A model generated the notes under the pieces. The model searched no databases and was not told where the DNA came from. It worked only from the letters and a program-made list of their open reading frames with translations. A stretch of 39,391 bases of DNA from positions 1-39,391 of IMG/VR virus record IMGVR_UViG_2778261394_000008, one strand, 5' to 3'. Made by a program: the position numbers and the translations under genes. Below, piece by piece: positions 33,122 to 39,391 of the stretch; position 1 is the stretch's first letter; each line of letters starts with the position of its first letter. This DNA is from a virus. Its lineage: Duplodnaviria; Heunggongvirae; Uroviricota; Caudoviricetes.

Positions 33122-36100
33122 CCTTGTCATTGATTTAAGCATTGATACCGCCGATTTTAAAGAGCAGCTTCCGCGTGTAAAAAATCTGCTGAATGGTACA
33201 GCAAGGGAGGCGGAGCGGGCCGAAGCCCGTATGAAACGGTTTGAGGAAAGTCAGAAACAGGCTGCCAGCGCGACGGTGATACAGACTCAGGCCGTGGTGA
33301 AGCATGCGCAGGGGCATGTTTCGCTGGCGGAAGATGTGGAAAGGGCGCGCCTGCGGATGGAGGCCCTGAGTCGTCAGATGCGGGAGGAGCAGGTTCAGGC
33401 GGCTGCGCTGGCTGCGGCGCAGGATAAGATGGCTGCCGCATTTTATCGTCAGATCGACAGCGTAAAACAGGCCAGTGCGGGGCTGCAGGAGTTACAGCGT
33501 ATTCAGCAGCAGATCCGACAGGCCAGAAACAGTGGCGGGATTGCTCAGCAGGATTATCTGGCCCTGATTTCTGAGGTGACAGCGAAAACCCGCGTTCTGA
33601 CACAGGCAGAGGAAACGGCCACCCGCCAGAAAACCGCATTTATTCGTCAGCTGAAAGAACAGACAAGTCGCCAGAAAATGACCACGACGGAACTGCTTCG
33701 GGCAAAGGCGGCACAACTTGGGTGCAGCAGTGCCGCGGAGGTGTACATCCGTAAAATGGAGAAAGCCGGAAACACCACACATTCGCTGGGACTGAAAAGT
33801 GCGGCAGCCCGTCGGGAGCTGGGGGTCATGATTGGTGAGCTGGCGCGAGGTAATTTCGGTGCGCTTCGTGGCTCCGGGATCACCCTGGCTAACCGTGCCG
33901 GCTGGATTGATAAATTAATGACGCCGAAAGGCCTGGCGGTGGGGGGAGTTATCGGAGGGATCACTGCTGCGGTTATTGGTCTGGGTAAAGCCTGGATGGA
34001 GGGGCAGGAAGAAGGCGAAGCCTTTAACCGGCAGCTTGAGCTCACCGGACACTATGCCGGTGTGACAGCCGGGCAGTTGTGGGCGCTCAGTAAAAATCTT
34101 TCCGGTAATGGCATCACGCAACATGCCATGGCGGGGTCACTGGCGCAGGTAGTGGGGAGCGGTGCATTTCACGGTAACGATATTGGTATGGTGGCGAAAG
34201 CTGCCGCACAGATGGAACGCTCGGTAGGGCAGTCTGTCAGTGACACCATCAGTCAGTTTAAACGGCTGAAGGATGATCCGGTCAGTGCTGCGAAGGCGCT
34301 GGATGATGAACTGCATTTTCTGACAGCCACCCAGCTTGAACAGATCCGTGTGCTCGGAGAGCAGGGGCGCACCAGTGACGCCGCCCGGATAGCCATGTCT
34401 GCACTGGCAGAGGAAACCGGTAAACGTACGTCGGATATTGATAATAACCTCAATGCGCTGGGCAGTACGCTGCAAACCTTGTCTGACTGGTGGAAGCAGT
34501 TCTGGGATGCGGCCATGAACATTGGTCGGGAAGATTCCCTTGATGCGCAGATTGCGTCGCTGCAGGAAAAAATTCAGCGGGCGAAGAAATTTCCGTGGAC
34601 TAAGGCGTCCACCACGGTGGAATACGATCAGCAACAACTGGATGCGCTGCAAGAGCGAAAACGCCAGCAGGATTTGCAGGATGCAAAAGAGCAGGCTGAG
34701 CGAAATTATCAGGAGCAGCAGAAACGCCGGAATGCTGAAAATGCCGCGCTGAACCGGATGAACGAAACGGAAGCAGCACGACATCAGCGTGAAATTGCGC
34801 GTATTAATGCCATGCAGTACGCCGATCAGGCGGTCAGGGACGCAGCGATACAGCGTGAAAATGAACGTTACGAAAAAGCCATTAAGAAAAAAACGCCTGC
34901 CACCCGTAATGATGAGGCCACCCGGTTATTACTGCAGTACAGCCAGCAACAGGCACAGGTGGAGGGACAGATTGCCGCCGCCAGACAGTCAGCTGGCATG
35001 GCTACTGAAAGGATGACAGAAGCGCATAAACAGCTTCTGGCCCTTCAGCAGCGTATCAGCGATTTGGCCGGTAAGAAACTGACAGCAGATGAAAAAAGTG
35101 TGCTGGCTCACAAGGATGAGCTGATTCAGGCACTGACGCTGCTGGATGCAAAACAGCAGGAGCTGCAGAAGCAGACGGCGCTGAATGATTTGAAGAAAAA
35201 ATCCATTCAGCTTGCCAGCCAGCTGGCGGAAGAGGAGCGGGCTCTGCGTCAGCAACATGACCTGGATATCGCCACGACAGGGATGGGGGATAAACAGCGT
35301 CAGCGATACCAGGCACAGTTCAGTCTGCAACAAAAATATCAGCAGCAGCGGGAACAGCTGGAGCGTGACAGTAAGCAGAAAGGAACATATGGCACAGATG
35401 AATACCGGAATGCTGAGCAGACGCTGACAGACAGTCTTAACCGGCAACTGAACGAAAACAGACGTTACTGGCAGGAACAGGAACTGATGCAGGCAGACTG
35501 GAAAAACGGTGCCATGCGGGCTTTTCAGAATTTTACAGAGGATGCGGATAACGCGGCGGGTACCGCTGAGCAGTTGTTTAATACCGCGTTCAGCAGCATG
35601 GGCAACGGGCTGGCGACGTTCTGCACGACAGGTAAACTGAATTTCAAATCTTTTACCTCATCCGTGCTGTCAGATATGGCAAAAATTCTGGCGCAGGCAA
35701 CCATGATGAAGGCTGTCAAAGGGATTGGCAGTGTGATGGGGTTTGATTTCGGTGATGTGAAAACCAATGCAGAAGGTGGTGTTTATCAGTCTGCTGATTT
35801 GAGTCGCTACAGTGGCACGGTGGTTAACCGTCCGACGTTTTTTGCTTTTGCAAAAGGCGCGGGGGTGATGGGTGAAGCGGGGCCTGAGGCTATCCTGCCC
35901 TTGCGCAGGGGGGCTGACGGTAAGCTGGGTGTTGTGGCAGCGACCTGTGGTTCGGGGATGGTGATGTTTGCGCCGCAGTACAACATCGAGATCAATAATG
36001 ATGGCCAGAACGGACAGATTGGGCCGGAAGCCATGCAGGCGGTTTACAACCTGGGGAAAAGGGCTGCAGCAGATTTTATGCAACAACAGTCCCGTGATGG

Positions 36101-36128
36101 CGGGCAGTTAAGCGGAGTATACCGGTGA
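33105..36128 (+). CDS. H: Tail tape measure protein H
   Basis: 1007 aa; apparent TTG start at 33105 with GGGAGG SD 8 nt upstream; N-terminus similar to lambda gpH (DLVIDLSxD); long coiled-coil regions. Confidence 0.9.
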   Translation: MDQIADLVIDLSIDTADFKEQLPRVKNLLNGTAREAERAEARMKRFEESQKQAASATVIQTQAVVKHAQGHVSLAEDVERARLRMEALSRQMREEQVQAAALAAAQDKMAAAFYRQIDSVKQASAGLQELQRIQQQIRQARNSGGIAQQDYLALISEVTAKTRVLTQAEETATRQKTAFIRQLKEQTSRQKMTTTELLRAKAAQLGCSSAAEVYIRKMEKAGNTTHSLGLKSAAARRELGVMIGELARGNFGALRGSGITLANRAGWIDKLMTPKGLAVGGVIGGITAAVIGLGKAWMEGQEEGEAFNRQLELTGHYAGVTAGQLWALSKNLSGNGITQHAMAGSLAQVVGSGAFHGNDIGMVAKAAAQMERSVGQSVSDTISQFKRLKDDPVSAAKALDDELHFLTATQLEQIRVLGEQGRTSDAARIAMSALAEETGKRTSDIDNNLNALGSTLQTLSDWWKQFWDAAMNIGREDSLDAQIASLQEKIQRAKKFPWTKASTTVEYDQQQLDALQERKRQQDLQDAKEQAERNYQEQQKRRNAENAALNRMNETEAARHQREIARINAMQYADQAVRDAAIQRENERYEKAIKKKTPATRNDEATRLLLQYSQQQAQVEGQIAAARQSAGMATERMTEAHKQLLALQQRISDLAGKKLTADEKSVLAHKDELIQALTLLDAKQQELQKQTALNDLKKKSIQLASQLAEEERALRQQHDLDIATTGMGDKQRQRYQAQFSLQQKYQQQREQLERDSKQKGTYGTDEYRNAEQTLTDSLNRQLNENRRYWQEQELMQADWKNGAMRAFQNFTEDADNAAGTAEQLFNTAFSSMGNGLATFCTTGKLNFKSFTSSVLSDMAKILAQATMMKAVKGIGSVMGFDFGDVKTNAEGGVYQSADLSRYSGTVVNRPTFFAFAKGAGVMGEAGPEAILPLRRGADGKLGVVAATCGSGMVMFAPQYNIEINNDGQNGQIGPEAMQAVYNLGKRAAADFMQQQSRDGGQLSGVYR

Positions 36129-36457
36129 TGGAGATATTTAGCTGGAAAGTCCGTCCGGATATGAAGGTGGATTCAGAGCCAAAAGTGGTGACAGTTAAAC
36201 TGGGCGATGGTTATGAACAGCGTCGTCCGGCAGGACTGAATTCTCTGTTGCCAACGTACAGTGTCACGATCCGTGTCCGTAAAGGGGAGCATCAGGCGCT
36301 GGAAGCGTTTCTGGCCCGGCACGGTGGGGTCAGGGCGTTTCAGTGGATACCGCCTTATGGCTGGACACCTGTCCGGGTGGTCTGCCGTAAATGGTCGTCC
36401 AGTGTGGGGGCGCTGTGGGTCACGGTAACCGCAAATTTTGAACAGGTCGTGGTATGA
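36128..36457 (+). CDS. M: Minor tail protein M
   Basis: 109 aa; similar to lambda gpM (FSWKVRPDM, YSVTIRV). Confidence 0.9.
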   Translation: MEIFSWKVRPDMKVDSEPKVVTVKLGDGYEQRRPAGLNSLLPTYSVTIRVRKGEHQALEAFLARHGGVRAFQWIPPYGWTPVRVVCRKWSSSVGALWVTVTANFEQVVV

Positions 36458-36466
36458 GGAGGACGG

Positions 36467-37165
36467 ATGCAGGATATCCGGCAGGAAACACTGAATGAAT
36501 GTACCCGTACGGAGCAGTCTGCCAGTCTGGTACTCTGGGAAATTGATCTGACAGAGATTGGCGGGGAGCGTTATTTTTTCAGTAATGAGCCTAACGAGAA
36601 GGGGGAGGCCGTCACCTGGCAGGGCCGGAAATATGAGGTGTATCCTGTTCAGGGAGCAGGGTTTGAAATGAAAGGCAAGGGAAGCAGCGCCCGCCCCACC
36701 CTGACGGTGTCCAATCTGTACGGGATGGTTACCGGGATGGTGGAGGATTTACAGAGTCTGGCTGGCGGAACGGTGATCCGGCGTAAGGTTTACGCCCGTT
36801 TTCTGGATGCGGTGAATTTTACCAATGGAAACAGTGAAGCCGATCCGGAACAGGAGGTGATCAGTTACTGGCGTATTGAACAGTGCAGCGATCTGACGGC
36901 GGTGACGGCAACGTTTGTTCTGGCCTCGCCAGCGGAGACAGACGGTGCGGTTTTCCCGGGACGTACCATGCTGGCCAACACCTGTACCTGGACCTATCGC
37001 GGTGATGAGTGCGGTTATCACGGTCCGGCTGTCGCGGATGAATATGACGAGCCGACGTCTGATATCACGAAGGATAAATGCAGTAAATGCCTGAGTGGCT
37101 GTAAGTCACGTCATAACGTCGGTAACTTTGGCGGTTTCCTTTCCATCAATAAACTTTCGCAGTAA
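36467..37165 (+). CDS. L: Minor tail protein L
   Basis: 232 aa; near-identical to lambda gpL as recalled (MQDIRQETLNECTR). Confidence 0.95.
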   Translation: MQDIRQETLNECTRTEQSASLVLWEIDLTEIGGERYFFSNEPNEKGEAVTWQGRKYEVYPVQGAGFEMKGKGSSARPTLTVSNLYGMVTGMVEDLQSLAGGTVIRRKVYARFLDAVNFTNGNSEADPEQEVISYWRIEQCSDLTAVTATFVLASPAETDGAVFPGRTMLANTCTWTYRGDECGYHGPAVADEYDEPTSDITKDKCSKCLSGCKSRHNVGNFGGFLSINKLSQ

Positions 37166-37169
37166 ATCC

Positions 37170-37913
37170 ATGACAGAGACTGAATCAGTGATTCTGGCGC
37201 ACGCCCGGCGATGTGCGCCAGCGGAGTCGTGCGGCTTCGTGGTGAGAACGCCGGAGGGGGAAAGGTATCTTCCCTGCGTGAATATCTCCGGTACTCCGGA
37301 GGCGTGTTTCCGGATGGTACCGGAAGACTGGCTGCGGGCACAAATACAGGGCGAGGTGGTGGCGCTGGTCCACAGCCATCCCGGTGGCTTGCCCTGGCTG
37401 AGTGAAGCTGACCGTCAGCTGCAGGTACAGAGTGATTTGCCGTGGTGGCTGGTCTGCCGGGGTGAAATTCATAAATTCCGCTGCGTGCCACATCTGACCG
37501 GAAGGCGCTTTGAGCACGGGGTGACGGACTGTTACACGCTGTTCCGGGATGCTTATCATCTGGCAGGAATTGAGATACCGGATTTTCATCGTGAGGATGA
37601 CTGGTGGCGTAACGGTCAGAATCTTTACCTGGATAACATGGCAGATACCGGCTTTTACCCGGTCACCCTGTCAGCGGCGCAGCCGGGCGATGTGTTGCTG
37701 TGCTGCTTTGGTTCATCGGTGCCGAATCATGCCGCCATTTACTGTGGTGACGGCGAGCTGCTGCACCATATTCCTGAACAACTGAGTAAACGAGAGAGGT
37801 ATACAGAAAAATGGCAGCGACGCACACACTCCCTCTGGCGGCACCGGGCATGGCACGCCTCTGCCTTTACGGGGATTTGCAACGATTTGGTCGCCGCATC
37901 GACCTTCGTGTGA
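37170..37913 (+). CDS. K: Tail assembly protein K (NlpC/P60 plus JAB/MPN domains)
   Basis: 247 aa from ATG at 37170; near-identical to lambda gpK as recalled. Confidence 0.95.
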   Translation: MTETESVILAHARRCAPAESCGFVVRTPEGERYLPCVNISGTPEACFRMVPEDWLRAQIQGEVVALVHSHPGGLPWLSEADRQLQVQSDLPWWLVCRGEIHKFRCVPHLTGRRFEHGVTDCYTLFRDAYHLAGIEIPDFHREDDWWRNGQNLYLDNMADTGFYPVTLSAAQPGDVLLCCFGSSVPNHAAIYCGDGELLHHIPEQLSKRERYTEKWQRRTHSLWRHRAWHASAFTGICNDLVAASTFV

Positions 37914-38458
37914 AAACGGGGGCTGAAGCCATCCGGGCGCTGGCCACACAACTTCCGTCGTTTCGTCAGAAACTGAGTGACGGCTGGTATCAGGTACGTA
38001 TCGCCGGGCGGGATGTCAGCGAGTCCGGGGTAACGGCACAGCTCCATGAGCCGTTACCGGACGGTGCGGTGATCCACATTGTTCCCCGGCTTGCCGGTGC
38101 AAAGCATGGCGGAATTTTTCAGACCATCCTGGGGGCTGTGGTTGTTGCGGTAGCCTGGTGGAACCCCGCGGGCTGGCTGGGTGCGGCAGCACTTACGGGG
38201 ATGTATGCCGCCGGGGCCAGTATGATCCTCGGCGGGATAGCGCAGATGCTGACACCGGCCATCAAAACGCCGTCCATGGAGTCCGCGGATAACGGCAAAC
38301 AGAACACCTTTTTTTCCTCGCTGGATAATATGATCGCCCAGGGGAATCCGTTACCGGTACTGTATGGTGAGATGCGTGTGGGGTCGCGTGTGATTTCACA
38401 GAGTATCAGTACTGCTGATGAGGGTGATGGTGGTCAGGTTGTGGTGATTGGTCGCTGA
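37811..38458 (+). CDS. I: Tail assembly protein I
   Basis: 215 aa; overlaps the 3' end of K; similar to lambda gpI. Confidence 0.9.
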   Translation: MAATHTLPLAAPGMARLCLYGDLQRFGRRIDLRVKTGAEAIRALATQLPSFRQKLSDGWYQVRIAGRDVSESGVTAQLHEPLPDGAVIHIVPRLAGAKHGGIFQTILGAVVVAVAWWNPAGWLGAAALTGMYAAGASMILGGIAQMLTPAIKTPSMESADNGKQNTFFSSLDNMIAQGNPLPVLYGEMRVGSRVISQSISTADEGDGGQVVVIGR

Positions 38459-38518
38459 TGTAAAACGTTTTATGTGAAACCGCCTGCGGGCGGTTTTGTT
38501 GTTAATGGAGCCAGATAA

Positions 38519-39391
38519 ATGAGTAAAGGTGGCAGCAAGGGGCACACTCCTCGCGAAGCGAAAGATAACCTGAAATCCACGCAGTTACTGAGCGTGATTG
38601 ATGCGATCAGTGAAGGGCCGATTGAAGGACCGGTGGACGGAATGAAAAGCGTGTTGCTGAACAGTACGCCGGTGCTGGACAGTGAAGGTAAGGCCAATTT
38701 CTCCGGGGTCACGGTGGTGTTCCGTGCCGGTGAGCAGGAGCAGACTCCGCCGGAGGGTTTTGAATCCTCCGGCTCCGAGACGGTACTGGGTACGGAAGTG
38801 AAATATGACACGCCGATCACCCGGACCATCACATCAGAAAATATCGACCGCCTGCGTTTTACGTTTGGTGTGCAGGCTCTGGTGGAAACCACGTCTCAGG
38901 GGGACCGCAATCCGTCAGAAGTGAGATTACTGGCCCAGATCCAGCGTAACGGCGCCTGGGTGACAGAAAAAGACATCACCATTAAGGGTAAAACCACCTC
39001 GCAGTATCTGGCCTCGGTGGTGGTGGATAACCTGCCGCCGCGCCCGTTCAGTATCCGGATGCGCAGGATGACGCCTGACAGCACCACAGACCAGCTGCAG
39101 AATAAAACGCTCTGGTCGTCATACACCGAAATCATCGATGTGAAACAGGGATACCCGAACACGGCACTGGTCGGCGTACAGGTGGATTCGGAGCAGTTCG
39201 GCAGCCAGCAGGTGAGCCGTAATTATCATCTTCGCGGGCGCATTCTGCAGGTGCCGTCGAACTATAACCCGCAGACGCGGCAATACAGCGGTATCTGGGA
39301 CGGAACGTTAAAACCGGCATACAGCAACAACATGGCCTGGTGTCTGTGGGATATGCTGACCCACCCGCGCTACGGCATGGGGAAACGTCTT
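38519..39391 (+). CDS. J: Tip attachment / host specificity protein J (5' part only; truncated by window end)
   Basis: Starts MSKGGSKGHTPREAKDNLKSTQLLSVIDAISEGPIEGPVDG, near-identical to the lambda gpJ N-terminus; the ORF runs off the window. Confidence 0.95.
   Translation, partial: MSKGGSKGHTPREAKDNLKSTQLLSVIDAISEGPIEGPVDGMKSVLLNSTPVLDSEGKANFSGVTVVFRAGEQEQTPPEGFESSGSETVLGTEVKYDTPITRTITSENIDRLRFTFGVQALVETTSQGDRNPSEVRLLAQIQRNGAWVTEKDITIKGKTTSQYLASVVVDNLPPRPFSIRMRRMTPDSTTDQLQNKTLWSSYTEIIDVKQGYPNTALVGVQVDSEQFGSQQVSRNYHLRGRILQVPSNYNPQTRQYSGIWDGTLKPAYSNNMAWCLWDMLTHPRYGMGKRL

Noticed and set aside
34137-34784. 215-aa minus-strand ORF, and other minus-strand ORFs within 33135-36086
   Set aside because: Antisense within the tape measure gene; low-complexity translations; shadow ORFs typical of a GC-rich coiled-coil gene.

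Overview
The whole window is a lambdoid, cos-packaging prophage in prophage gene order, probably enterobacterial; J is cut by the window end. All calls come from reading the sequence and the ORF track, with protein-family assignments by motif and recalled similarity; no database search was run. Left to right: integrase and an excisionase-like gene (75-1649); a leftward accessory operon (1657-5468) with no recognisable exo/bet/gam or N homologue; the cI/cro immunity region with a cI terminator (5575-6709); an early-right operon carrying a Rha-family protein, an antisense HigB/HigA-like toxin-antitoxin pair, and a replication module (O-like initiator with internal iterons, DnaC-like loader, DnaB-like helicase); a Q-type antiterminator; a moron-rich late region (NmpC/Lc-type porin on the opposite strand, an orphan beta-class DNA methyltransferase, an unknown gene bracketed by terminators, a TerB-like protein); a lysis cassette of two holin-like proteins and a GH108 endolysin with no recognisable spanins; a cluster of small membrane/lipoprotein ORFs; a structured non-coding stretch; a lambda-like cos site; and a lambda-type head and tail module (Nu1, A, W, B, C/Nu3, D, E, FI, FII, Z, U, V, G/GT, H, M, L, K, I, J-partial). 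No rRNA, tRNA, CRISPR array or transposase was seen. The best candidates for an undescribed system are, in order: the leftward operon encoding an SPFH/band-7 lipoprotein coupled to small membrane proteins and unknown partners (2081-4448); the translationally coupled paralogous pair with a C-terminal HTH (4645-5468); the terminator-bracketed unknown moron (18014-18565); and the TerB-like protein with a coupled membrane peptide (18703-19277). I cannot tell which, if any, is truly undescribed.
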